Position numbers and translations under genes: made by a program. This document shows, in pieces, positions 14,128 to 26,975 of a DNA stretch of 64,000 nucleotides (position 1 is the stretch's first letter; every line of letters begins with the position of its first letter). Location: contig OX597837.1 of assembly GCA_951406725.2 (NCBI GenBank), positions 19,344,001 through 19,408,000 of the forward strand, in the 5' to 3' direction. The notes under the pieces are model-generated. The model worked only from the letters and a program-made list of their open reading frames with translations, made no database searches and was not told the origin of the DNA. The stretch comes from Octopus vulgaris. Its lineage: Eukaryota.

Positions 14128-15047
14128 TTACTTGTTTCTATTATTGAACTATGGCTTTGGTGGGGTTAGTCGAAAGAATTGATCCCAGGACATTTTTTAA
14201 AATCCTGGCACTTATTCTATGCGTTTCTTTTGCCGAAACACTAACTTACGCGGACGTAAACAAATCAACACCAATGGTCAAGTGGTGGTAGAAGACAAAT
14301 ACAAAGATAAACACTCACGCGCGCGCGCACACACACACTTATACTAGGGTGAGCAAAACTAGGTATTCAGTTGCTTAAAATGAGAGGAATGTTCTTTTCA
14401 TTTATCTGTTTCTTTTCTTAAACTTGTGAGATTTATAAGTCGACTAAGGGATCTGCGAAAGATGCCCAATTCACTGGAAGCCCTCTTTTTTGATTTCTGG
14501 GGACTTTGAGTGATTGCTCCATCTTCTTCAGTGGTAGCACTGACTGGTCAACTCCTCCTCTGTGCATTGCAGAGGGACAAAGTCTGCTCAAATTTGTCTT
14601 GTATTCTGTAAACTGTTAATCTTGTCAAAGCTGGTCTTTGAAATTCTTCAGTGCATTTCTGTCTAACCATTCTGTTTTCCTCTACTGCTTGATGATCCAC
14701 TTCCATTCATCATTGGTCAAATTTCCAACCATGAAATAAATATCTGAAATTAGGAATAATCATTTAATAATAGAAAGAATTAGATAAAAAGGTCATAGAA
14801 TCATAGAATTCTTATCCTCAAATAGAAGTAGAGATATGAAAAGAGCATTCCGTTCAGATTAAGCAACCGTGTACATAATTTTGCCCACTACTGTATATAT
14901 GACGGGCTTCTTTCAGTTTCCGTCTTCCAAATCAACTCACAAAACTTTGATCGGCCTGAGGGTATAGTAGAACGCAGCCAAATTGCCATGAAATAGGACC
15001 GAACTCGGAACATTAAGGTCGGGAAGCTAGTTTCTTACCACACAACC
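14128..15047 (-). mobile_element. SINE family 1 copy split by a nested DNA transposon
   Basis: 3' half at 14128-14335 and 5' half at 14901-15047 on the same strand, flanking the insert. Confidence 0.75.
14344..14893. mobile_element. Non-autonomous Tc1/mariner-like element with ~70-bp degenerate TIRs
   Basis: Left end ctagggtgagcaaaactaggtattcagttgcttaaaatgagaggaatgttcttttcat versus right end reverse complement cagtagtgggcaaaattatgtacacggttgcttaatctgaacggaatgctcttttcat; TA on both sides. Confidence 0.7.
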
Positions 15048-15603
15048 ATGCACACATTACAGACACACAACATATATATATATAACAAACAAAATCTATT
15101 CGCGTGTATAAATATATACTTATATAAATATAGACATGCATTTAACAGGGAAGCCTGTATGTTGTGGACGACCTTGCTAGGCATAGCTGCCAAATCTCCC
15201 ACAAGTCACAATAAACTAATAGAAAGGTCGCAGTGTATGATGTACTTATATAAAAGGACGGGAGTATGGCTGGAAGGCCTTTGACCATAAGTCAGAGCAA
15301 ACTCTGAGTTATACAACAACAGCAATTATAACAATAACATATAGCTAACGGCGAGGTTTGTGGTCAAAAAGATATTCCTATTCCATTGACTGATTGCTAG
15401 AAATATTCAAGAAATCATCAACACCGAAGTGGATACATGATGCACAAGGATGGGAAAGAGAACTTCAGGGATGTTATTACAGAGCTACTTGCTTTAATTA
15501 ACAGAGGAATACGAAGTAATTTCACGTGATGGGATGCATCTATCTGTCTGTCTGTCTGTCTATATGTATGCATAAATAAGTACGCTTGTATATATATATA
15601 TAT

Positions 15604-15906
15604 TTGTTGTTGTTTGTTCCTTCTCGAGCCATGCCTGGCTCATCAGGGCCGGTTTCCCGGTTTCATTCGCGTATAGGTTCCCCACCTGGACAGGACGCCG
15701 GTCCGTCGCAGGTGAGCTGCTAGATGCAGGAAAAAAAGAGTGTAAGTTGTGGCGAAAGAGTCATCAGGAGCTCGCCATTGCCTTCTGTCGGAGCCGCGTG
15801 GAGCTTAGGTGTTTCGCTCATAAACACACACATCGCCCGGTCTGAGATTCGAACCCGCGATCTTTCGACCGCGAGTCCGCTGCTCTAACCACTAGGTCAT
15901 GTGCCT

Positions 15907-15910
<4 letters not shown>
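15604..15910 (-). mobile_element. tRNA(Arg-like)-derived SINE (head A + tail X)
   Basis: Minus strand head tgacctagtggttagagcagcggactcgcgg...ggttcgaatc; 3' (ACA)n tail. Confidence 0.88.
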
Positions 15911-15955
<45 letters not shown>

Positions 15956-16769
15956 AACACATATAGCAATACATACACTCACATTCGGACGTGTGTGTGT
16001 GTGTGTGTGTACATCGGTATATATGTTTTTATAAGCTGTTTGTATGAGTGCATTTAGTGTCCCTTGTAAGATGAAAATCATACATACATATATATGCTTA
16101 TATATACATATACATATATACATACATATACAAACCTACATCCATTCACACACAGATATGTACACATACTTGTGTGCATAATGTAATTTAATTCAGAAGA
16201 ATAGAACAGAAAGGAGAAGAAAAAAAAAGCAGAAAGCACAAAGGAGAAAAGAAAGACGAAGAAAGGGAACGATGTGGGTTAAGGCAGGTGATACTGGTGC
16301 ATCGAGTGAAGATATGCCAAGTTTGGGAGCGCTCCATCAGCCTCAAAGAAAAATGTGCTCGATTTGGCGAGAGAAATGTGAAGTACTGCTTGGCCGTCAC
16401 GTAGGCTTATGATAGGTTAGGTAGACATAGGTAGTTTGTATAGAACACATATCCACACACATGCACCCCTCCCCACATATGAGGCAGAGAGGGAAAGAGA
16501 GAGAGAGGGAGGTGGAGAGAATGGGAAAGGTTGAACCGAAGCAGTGTGGTGCAATTAAAACATGCAACGCGAAATCATCTAAATTCCTCGCTCGTGCATT
16601 AACAGGGCAGTTTTAATTTGATACACACACACATGTATATATGCATGTATGTATGTTGGTGTGTTCGTATTTATGAATGTGTGTGTAAGTATATATAAAT
16701 ATATGAATATAAATATAGATAAAATATAGATAAAAATATCAATGCAATTATAAATATTAGTATATATAC

Positions 16770-16852
<83 letters not shown>

Positions 16853-17370
16853 TGTGTGTGTGTACGTATATATATATGTATATATATATACATACATACA
16901 TACATACATATGCTCACGCATGCACACACAAATGGAGAAATAGAAATGCATACTGTGTATGTGTGTGCTTGTATGTACATACGTATATAGAGACAATAAT
17001 TTTCCTTTAAAAATGTGTTAAAACTGCGACTGTGCTCTAATTTAATTTTATTTTGCTTAATTAACGTTTTGAATAAACTCCCTCAAATCATATTTATTGG
17101 TGTTTCCGGACTATCTCAGTCTCATCTTCAGGATGTGCAATTGTTTCAACCCTTTTATAGTGAACGGTTTATCTTTTTACAGATTTTCCGGCCAGAAATT
17201 GACCGCTAAAGTGTAACTGTTCGATGTCAACGGATATACTATTGTCACCCACGTGTAGTGCATGTTAAAATGTAGCGTTGTACACACACATATACAAATA
17301 CACGCATGCACACATATATTTACCTATATTCATGCGCTTATGCACTTTCTTTTGATAATGATGTGCTTTA

Positions 17371-17377
<7 letters not shown>

Positions 17378-17429
<52 letters not shown>

Positions 17430-17599
17430 CATACATACATATGTATGTATGTATGTATGTATTTATGTATGTATGTATGTATGTATGTATTTATGTATGT
17501 ATGTATTTATGTATGTATGTATGTATGTATGTATGTATGTATTTATGTATGTATGTATTTATGTATATATGTATGTATGTATGTATTTATGTATGTATG

Positions 17600-17633
<34 letters not shown>

Positions 17634-17819
17634 TGTATGTATGTATGTATGTATGTATGTATGTATGTATTTATGTATGTATGTATGTATGTATTTATGT
17701 ATGTATGTATGTATATATGTATTTATGTATGTATGTATGTATTTATTTATGTATGTATGTATTTATGTATGTATGTATGTATGTATGTATTTATGTATGT
17801 ATGTATGTATGTATGTATG

Positions 17820-17853
<34 letters not shown>

Positions 17854-17895
17854 TGTATGTATGTATGTATGTATGTATGTATGTATGTATGTATA
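17378..17895. repeat. (TA)n plus long (TATG)n microsatellite
   Basis: Direct reading. Confidence 0.97.
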
Positions 17896-18559
17896 TTCTC
17901 TTGTTTTTAATTATTTAAATTCTTCCTCTGAGGAAGGAACAGGTTTCTAACCAAGATACAAAGCTTCATCATTGGAATGTAGATAACAAAACAATATCAC
18001 ATTTTAAACATTGAGAAAAGTCTTGCATATTTTTATTGTTTAAATATTAAAACCCGAAATTAAACTATAATACCAAATACATCTTTATATTCGCGTCCTC
18101 TTACTTGATTTTAAAAAAAAATGTTTATTTCATTGCTATTAGCAGAGGCAGAAATGTAAGAGCGGCGGACAAAACTGCTTTGCAGTATTTGTTCTAAGTT
18201 CAAATTTTACTAAGGTTACCTTTGCCTTTCAATTTTTCGGGGTCGATCAACTTAACTTCCAATCATGTATTGGGATCGATGGTATCAATTAACCTTCACC
18301 ACCTCGAAAATTGTGCAAAAATTTGAAGGAATTATTTTCTTAATTTAGCAACATCGCTGGGAAATGTAACAGTGTCAGTGGTTACATTTCCCAGTTTCTA
18401 AGGTAACGCAATTCGTTCAGATTTTCAGAGGTCTGCATTGGTTCCGTGTAGTTCCAAGCAACACCGTTTTCTGAAGATACTCTATAGTCATATCTATCTT
18501 TTCAACCCAGTGTGTAAGCTTGGTACTTATGGCTCTCAATGCTCCAACGACAAACATGT

Positions 18560-19130
18560 ACAACGCGCACCTCCTTCGAAGACTACAATTGTTTTATTTA
18601 CCCACCTCAAATCATCATTTCTAACCTTCATATCTTCTTCTTGTTCTGATTCTTTGTCGTTAGCAGGGTATGCAATAACTATGATTCAACAGTTTTTCCC
18701 ACACTTTTCGCAACCACTACATCCGGCTACCGATGTTTTATTTTTTGATCACCTTGGAGTTTTACATTCTACATTACCTTTACTTTTTCCTCGATTACAC
18801 CTTCCGGTCTACCCACCTACCATCTTTGCTCTATCCAATCTACACTCGCCACAATAAATCCTAAATAATCGTTCTTCGAAGTTGGCATGTCCCAAATATT
18901 CTGCTTCATTAATTGTGGAGGGCCAAGTGTGTGCCTGTGTCTGCTCACGGCTACTTAGGACTATATAGGCGCCAAAAACCACTTGTAAAATCATCGTGCA
19001 TACTAAAACCACACCATCGCTGACTACCAGTGATGGACGTAGATTTTCCAGAAAGTATCAAGGACTTCATGTTGTTGTTCTTGGGGCTGAGGAAGATAAA
19101 AGTTCCTTTTTATTGCTGGTTGTATCATAT
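18560..19130 (-). mobile_element. Highly degenerate RTE-like LINE 3' fragment
   Basis: Faint similarity to the RTE C-terminus (LRW...GRP...EEDMKVR) across frameshifts. Confidence 0.35.
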
Positions 19131-19379
19131 CAGTATCTGAATTTCTTTTTACTGGTTTATTATAATTGCTATCACCATTGCTGATGCAGCAGATCTACTA
19201 TCAAATATGCCCCCCCCCCATTGTCACCATCCTATCTTATTCATTCCTTGGTGTGCTAGAAGCCTTCCTTTTGAGCTCCCGACGGAGCTATGAGTCCTGT
19301 CGGAAGAGCATTAGACTTTGTTATTTGATTCTGCTATTGACGTCGTCGTCGTTGCTGTTGCTGTTGTTGTTCGACTGAT

Positions 19380-19627
19380 ACTACTACTACTACTATTACT
19401 ACTACTATTACTACACCACCACCACCACCACCACCACCACCACCACCACCACCATTACTACTACTATCACCACCACCACCAGCACTACTACTACCACTAC
19501 TACCACCACCACCACCATTACTACTACTATCACCACCATCACCACCACCAGCACTACTACCACCACCACCACCACCATTACTACTACTATCACCACCACC
19601 ACCACCACCAGCACTACCACCACCACC

Positions 19628-19675
<48 letters not shown>

Positions 19676-19676
19676 G

Positions 19677-19716
<40 letters not shown>

Positions 19717-19745
19717 CGCTACCGCCGCCACCTCCGCCACTACCA
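19380..19745. repeat. Compound (TAC)/(CAC)/(CTG) trinucleotide array with ~60-bp higher-order repeats
   Basis: Direct reading; explains the poly-H/G/V ORFs. Confidence 0.95.
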
Positions 19746-21122
19746 GTCATCCCGCCTTTAAATCCACCTTAAAACAAAAAAACGAAACTAAACGCTAAGT
19801 ACTAATATATATTATTATTCCTACATCGTTTCACCGTTCTTGCTGTCTGCTTTTCAATCCAGGTAACAGAGCATGGCTGTGCTGTGATTCCAGAATGATA
19901 TCGATCCTGTGCTCACTGCTTTATCTGAAGTCGAGAATAAGAAATAAGAAATAAAAAATTTTAAAAAATTTTAAATAGAAAACTTAAAAAAAAAAGGAAG
20001 AAACAATTTGAAAATCAACAAAAGGTTCTATGGCAGCTGGATTCTCTTTTATTGATTCCTCGTAACTACTTACCATATTTGGTACCGGCTCAAACATCAA
20101 AAAGACCGTGGAGGATGCGATGGGATGGGTGGGCTTGTGGTGACGGTGGTTGAGGGGTTTTAATAATAATGGTAGCGATGATGGTGGTGGAGCTGGCGTC
20201 GGAGGTATCGAAGGGTAGCGATGATGGTGGAGGAGGTGGATGTAATGGTAGAAGGGGCGGGGTGATAGTGGTGGGGGTTTGGGTGGTGCTTGTGGTCGAG
20301 GCGATGGCGGTGGAGTGGTGTGTGGGGGTGTGGGTGTGTGAAGCTTTGGTGGGAAATGTTGGTGTTGTCGTTGTTGGTGGTGGTGGTAGTTTATATGGCG
20401 GTGGTAGTAGAAGTATTTGGCGGCTGAGTAGTAATAGAAGATGAAAGGAAAGGGCTTGGTTTTATCTGAAGTATATCTAACATCTGGTTGGTTAACGTGT
20501 ACATCAGTTGTGATTGATTTATTTATTGGTAGCAGGATGATGACGTTAGGAAAACAAAACAAATGAGGAAAGGACAGCGTCCATAACCTTCGTCGGACCT
20601 CTTTCTCTCTCCCCCTCTCTCCCCCCCATCTCTCTCTCTCCACCATGTTGTATCATTGAAGTGAGATCGATACGATTACTATTCAATTTGAATAGTAATC
20701 ATATCGATCTGTACGTGCAAGGTAAAAAAAAGGTAGATCTGGCGCAGAACCGTTTTAAGGCATGACCATAGTGGGTAGTTGCTGGAAGGCCCTAGGGATC
20801 AAGAGGCACAATGTTAACCAATGTATGCTGTGTTGTGCATGTAGGGTCACCACTGCATTTCTCTGACCGGATTGAGGGTCTATAATACTGTTAAGATGGC
20901 CCTAGTCTGGCTTCGTATTCCAGAGGGATCTTCTTATTTTCTATGGAAGAACGATTCAGTCAGCATATGTTTAGTACAGTGTCATGGAGATGAGAGAAAC
21001 TAGAAATGACAAGAAACCGAAAGTCAGCTGTATCGGTCGAATGAGTTATTGCCATTTAGCCGCAGTTCAATCCGGATCGAGGTGACTAAAGTAACCAAGA
21101 CAATATCCAATCTTTTATCTTT

Positions 21123-21468
21123 TGTTACAGCCATGCTGAGGCACCGCCTTGAACAATTTTTAGTCGAACGAATCGACCCCAGTACTTATTATATTTTGTA
21201 AAGTCTGGTACTTATTTTATCGAGTTCTTTTGCCGAACCACTAAGTTACGGAAGCGTAAACCCATCAACACCGGTTGTCAAGCGGTGGTGGGGGATAAAC
21301 ACAGATACAAAGACACACACACACGATGGGCTCCTTTCAGTTACCTTCTAGTCACTGACAAGGCTTTGGTCAGCCTGAAGCACTTGCCCAAGGTCCCACT
21401 CAGTGAGAGTGAAACTGGAACCATGTGGTTAGGAAGCGAGCTTGTTACCATACAACTACGCTGTCCAT
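21123..21468 (-). mobile_element. SINE family 1 copy
   Basis: Homology to 10194-10596. Confidence 0.82.
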
Positions 21469-21824
21469 AGTTTTTTTAAAGACGGAGTGATATAATTTGA
21501 GAGAGGTTTGTCTATTATTTTTAACAGATCGAGCAATTTCATTGCAGGTCCCCGCTGTGGTTTGGATTGCCTGAGTGGAGAGAGAAAAATTGAGAAAGAG
21601 AGATAGAAAGTGAGGAGAAAGAAAAAGAGAGTGGAAGAGATAGAAAGAAATAGAGGCAGAGAAAAGCGGAGAAAGACAGGTAGAAAGAAAAAGAGAGGAG
21701 ATTGTTTGTTCAGAAAAGCTGAGGCTTCCTGCAGTAAGTAGCAGAAACAAGAAACAGCATTTTGTGAGCTAGTTATTGTTATTTTTCGCTTTGTTTTTGT
21801 TATTGTTGTTGGTATAGATATTGG

Positions 21825-22007
21825 TTTCAGGTTTTGGCACAAGGCCAGCAAGTTCGGGGGAGAAGGTAAGCCGATCATATCAGCTGGTACTTATTTTATC
21901 TTCCCCGGAAGGCAAAGTCGACCTCGATAGAATTTGAACTCGGAGCACAAAGACGAAATACCACTAAGCGTTTTTCTCGAAGTGCTAACGATTCTACCAG
22001 CTCGCCC
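21825..22007 (-). mobile_element. Short interspersed repeat family C (ggcgagctggcagaa...gaggtcgactttgcc)
   Basis: Copies also at ~18145-18330(+), 28012-28157(-), 43976-44180(+), 44610-44740(-), 57988-58201(+) and 63007-63127(-). Confidence 0.75.
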
Positions 22008-22035
22008 AGTATCTTTTGGTGTATGTCCAGTGTAA

Positions 22036-22562
22036 GAGAGTATCGTCCCATATAAGGGGTCAGCATTTCATATAAGGGGCTAGCATTCTATAAGAGGGAT
22101 CACAGTCCTATATAAAGGAACACTGTCCCATAAAAAAGAAAGCACTGTTCAATATAAGAGGACGCCATTCCATAAAAGGGGCATCGTTCATACCACGTAA
22201 AGGATTACCGCCCATAAAAGGAAACATTGGGTCAAATAAGGGTGTTCCGTCTCATATAAGGGAGCACAGTCCACAGAAAGGAATACAGTCCCATTTAAAG
22301 GAGCACTGCCCCATTTTACGGAACACCATCTCATATTAAGAAACACTGTCTCATATTGGGAGTATTGTTCTATATAAGGAATACTGTCCCATAAAAGGGA
22401 ACACCGTCCATTTAAGGGAGCACCGTTCCATTTTAGGGATCACGATTCCATAAAAGGGAGTACCGCCCCACATAAGGGAGTATCGTACCATTAAAGAGAA
22501 CACCCTTCCATAAAAGGGAGCAACTTCCTATTTAAGAGAGTATTGTCCCTTGTAAAGGAACA
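22036..22562. repeat. Degenerate ~20-bp tandem repeat (consensus ~CCATAAAAGGGAGCACCGTC), about 25 units
   Basis: 20-bp spacing visible at 22408/22428/22448/22468/22488/22508. Confidence 0.85.
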
Positions 22563-23194
22563 AAAATCAAATGTGGATTTTTCTTGAATTTAGACGGCAT
22601 TATTTGCTGTAATTTAACCCATCCTCTCTTCTCTATGCCATGGCCACCCTAATTGAGCGTTCATATTAAAGGACGGGATTCCAATCATGAAGACCTTTTC
22701 TTTTGAGTAATATGTAGAACTTGGCCTTTTAAAAGCAGCAGCATGGAATTTGGTGGGATTTTGGTAGTTGCTCACAGCAGGTCGGGTTACCACATAGAGG
22801 TCCTGGCAGTCTGATAGTTTATTGGCAGGAGAATTTGATGGTTTGTTGGCTTGATTGACTGTTGGATGGATGGTTTAATTGTTTGATGGTTTAATGATTT
22901 GGTGGATTGATAGTTTGATGGTTAGATGGTTTGGTGGTTTGGTGGTTTGATTTGCGATTTTATTAATTTACTATTTTATTTGCTTTTTGGTTTAACTCAA
23001 TGATTTCTTGACATATATGCTTTAATGGGTGTAGCGGTTTAATGGATTGGCGAGTTAAATTATTTAGTTTAATTGGTTTGGTGCGTTAATTATTTAATGA
23101 TTCTCTGCATTATGGAAACGCCTTCTATGGTTTATTAAAGTGATCATATTCTTTTGCTTCTCTCATCTAAAACAAAAATCTGTATCACTTTATA

Positions 23195-25755
23195 GCGTAA
23201 CGAAGGATCAAATGGGCTTGCAGCCCGATCCGGGGTAAAATTGCAACGAAAAAGCATGGGAAATCATGCCCCCATGATCCCGGACCATGGGGGGAGAATA
23301 TAGGATCAAATAGGAACGGAAAAAAACGAAATGGACTTGGACCGGAAATGGACAATGAGAAAGGAAGCAGTATAGGAATGGTAGATGAGGAGTTTAGCTG
23401 CTGCGGAAAGGTGTTTGCTAGTTACATCGGGCTGAGAATCCACCAAGGGAAGGTGTGTCAGAAGAAAGTACTTCAACAACGCGGGTTGATGAACCATAAG
23501 ACGTGTGGCCAGAACCCCTTGGAAAATAACCATAGCGAGGTTCATTCCACAGTTGTATTGGAACAGTCAAAAAGAGTGATAGGTGTGAAGAGGACAAAGA
23601 TTAAGTGGCCGAAAGCAAATGACGCAGCGAGTTATAAATAATTTGACAACGAGGTAGCAAGAATGACCACCGAATTCAAAGGCGACGACGAACAAAAGCT
23701 CGAAAACCTGGCTAATACAATCTACCAGGAAGGAGAGAAAAAATCTGGACTGGAAACAACAGGGAAGGTAGAATCAACTGCAAAGAGCGGACCATCGAGG
23801 AGAGAAAGACGGATCGCAAAGATTCGAGAAGAGAAGAAAAAACTCAGAACCAGATGGAGGGATGCAAATGAGGAGGAAAGAGAAGGGCTAAAGCAGCTAT
23901 AGGAAGAGATAAAAAAGAAAACAAAGAAGGAAGAGCAGAAGTAAGGAGAGAGAAAAGAACTATCGTAGCTTTGTGAACAATCCCTATCAATATGCGAAAC
24001 ATTTATTTACTGAAAGTAAAGGCGGAAAATTAGATTGCACGAAAGAAGAGCTCGAACAACATCTAAAAGAGACATACAGCGACTCTGACAGAAATAAAGT
24101 ACTCCCAGAAATGCACGGACTGAAGAAACCACCTGAACCAAATGTACAATTTGATTTGAGTGACATCAAACAGAAAGAAATGGATGAGTTCATCAGAAAA
24201 GCAAGAGCAAAACGTTCACCAGGGAACGATAGAGTGAGCTACAAGGTATATAAATATTACTCGAAATTACGTTTGCAGCTGTTTGCACTGATAACAGAAA
24301 TGTGGAAGAAGAAAGATGTAGCGGAGCGATGGTGTATAGCCGAAGGTATCTATCTACCTAAAGAAAAAGAGGCAGAAGCACTAGGACAATTTAGACCAAT
24401 TTCTGACGGGAAAATCATGTTTGGAATTATTGCTAGACGAATCATAAGATTCGTACAGCATAACGGGTACGTTAATGAAGCAATCCAAAAAGCAGGAATC
24501 CCTGGAATCCCTGGGTGCATAGAACACGCATTTGCCATCTGGGAAGCCATCACCTTGTACTTCTTAACAACTGAAGAAAAACCTGTATATTGTTTGGCTA
24601 GATCTTGCCAATCCTTATGGATGTTCAACGAATGCTTATGTTCTACTACGACAACCTGAGGATGAGATTTACAGCAGGAAAGTTCACAACGGATTGACAA
24701 CGGTTTGAAATAGATATTGCAGCCGGATGCACGATATCAGTTATCTTATTTGTGCTAGTCATGGAAATGTTACTTAGATCTACAAACTGTGAGAAAGCTG
24801 TTACAAAGACACCATTAAGGGCTTTTATGGACGACGTAACTGTATTATCGGAAAGTAGAGAAGCAGCAGAAGGAACGTTAGAGCGGTTGGACGAACTGAT
24901 GGGATGGGCAAGGATGAAATTCAAAGCCAAAAAATCTCGAAGCATGGCTTTCGTGAAAGGAATGCACAAAGAAGTGAAATTCAGGATAGGAGGTGAAGAC
25001 ATACCAAAGGTGAAAGGACAACCAGTAAAGAGTCTCGGCAAATGGTATAGAGATTTATTAAATGATAAGAAGCAAGGGAAAGAAACACGAGTTAGTAGAA
25101 CAAGGATTAAAGGCAATTGACAGAACAACGCTGCCGGGAAAATTCAAATGTTGGATACTGCAATTTGATCTGTCCCCAAGGATAATGTGGCCATTGCAAA
25201 TGTACGAAAAAGCCTCGAGTAGAGTAGAAAGGATGGATCAAAGATGCAGTGTGTTTATCAGAAAATGGCTTGGTCTGCCGAAACCACTGAATACAACTGC
25301 ACTAAATGGAAAACCCGTGCTGCAACTACCAATAACATCAATCGCCGAAGAATATAAGGCAGGAAAGGCAAGGACAGTAATGATGCTAAGGTATTCAAAA
25401 GATCAGAGCATCCGGGAAAACCCTCCAAAGGTATGATCAGGGAGGAAATGGAAGGCGGAAGAGGCAGTAAACAGGGCGATCGGAAAACTAAGGCACGCAG
25501 ATATGGTTGGAGCGATGCAAGAAGCATGAGCCGGCCTAGGGTCGCACAATTTCAGGCTATTTTGCAAGAGCAGTATAAAAGAGATGAAAGAGGCAGTGGT
25601 AATACGAAGTGAGAAAGGAGGAAGAAGAAAGGCGAAATGTACATTTGGTGCAATGTAGTCAACAGGGACAGTGCTTGAGATGGGAGGAATATGTGATCAG
25701 CCGCAGAATATCATGGAAGGAACTTTGGGCTTGGGAACAAGCAAGAACATCCTTG
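23195..25755 (+). mobile_element. HERO-like (RLE-type) non-LTR retrotransposon, degenerate and 3'-truncated
   Basis: N-terminal zinc finger CCGKVFASYIGLRIHQGKVC, IKWPKAN, NNPYQYAK, QKAGIPGIPGCIEH, AGCTISVILF, RT motif RAFMDD, WARMKFKAKKSRS, LPGKFKCWILQ. Multiple stops and frameshifts; no RLE domain seen. Confidence 0.85.
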
Positions 25756-26861
25756 ATGGTGTTTATGTTGTTGTAATTGATGTTGTTGTTGGTGCTACTG
25801 CTGTGTACAAACATCGCAGATCTGAGATTTTTAAACAGGGAGAAATTTCAACACGAGACTAAAAAAAAAAAAAATACACATTCCATGCCAATTACATAGT
25901 TACACACATACGCGCGTGTTCGCTCACATACACTCATACACATATATGTCCGCACATGAACGCAGCAAGAGACATACATACCTCACACCCAGCTTTATGT
26001 CCCTACACCCACACATACACACATACATACACATACAACAACTCCGATTCGTTACATAGCCACACCAGCGCACTTAAAAAAACACTTCAACAGTTCCATA
26101 GACACTTAGACATACAAATGCATACACACACACACACAAGCACGCACACGCACACACACACACACAAGCACGCACACACGCACGCACCCATACGCGCATA
26201 CACACAGAGAGCTGCTGCTGCACGCATCAACAGACAGGTGCAGTGCCAGCGAAATAAACGATGATGTATAAAAATTGAACAAGATACATCGGACAGTTTC
26301 TGTCAAAGGGAGAACGGTTTGATGTCTTGTAAAAATTGATTACTAATGGAAAGAGACTGATAAATTTGGTAAACAAACAACAAGAATTTGCCGAAATATT
26401 CAATTCCACTAAAAGGGGGAGGCGGACATTGATATTTCAGATTGGAAATGGCTGGAATTAGGGATTTACTGCTGGAGTAGGAGATTTAAGACTATAAGGA
26501 AGGGATTTAGGTACTGGGTCGGAAGTTTTTATTGAGTGGGTGAGATAATGCTTAGAATAGTTGATTACGATGGCAATAGCAGTGGTGGTGGTGGTGGCAG
26601 TGGTGGTGGTGGAGGCGGCGGTAGCGGTGAATATGAGACGTGTTGTGGTGTTGTAGGTGATGGTGGTGGCGGCTGTTGATGTATTTTTATGGCGGTGGTT
26701 TGTGGGTCAAATGAGTCCAGCGGAAAGGAGAGCAATAAGATAGGATAAGATAAGATAGGATGTGATATGATGGGGGAGGTGGGAGGATGAGGATTTGAGA
26801 AAAGCATAGACTAATGCTGATCGTTTGTTTTGCTTCGAATTTCATATATAAGCGTATATAC

Positions 26862-26975
<114 letters not shown>

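Noticed and set aside
15615-15660. CTGATGA hairpin in the SINE tail as a hammerhead
   Set aside because: Followed by GAGA rather than GAAA, with no stem III, NUH triplet or stem I; an ordinary SINE 3' stem-loop.
17262-17950. Long YI/VCMY ORFs (and similar ones throughout the window)
   Set aside because: Stop-free frames produced by (TA)n, (CA)n, (TATG)n, (CTAT)n and (TTTC)n repeats.
19875-19930. C/D box snoRNA
   Set aside because: CTGA is present but there is no RTGATGA C box or terminal stem.
19318-20646. His/Gly/Pro-rich ORFs resembling structural proteins
   Set aside because: Derived from trinucleotide arrays open in several frames on both strands; no signal peptide or splice support.
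22036-22562. CRISPR-like repeat/spacer appearance
   Set aside because: Eukaryotic context, 20-bp period, linkers related to each other rather than unique spacers, and no cas genes.
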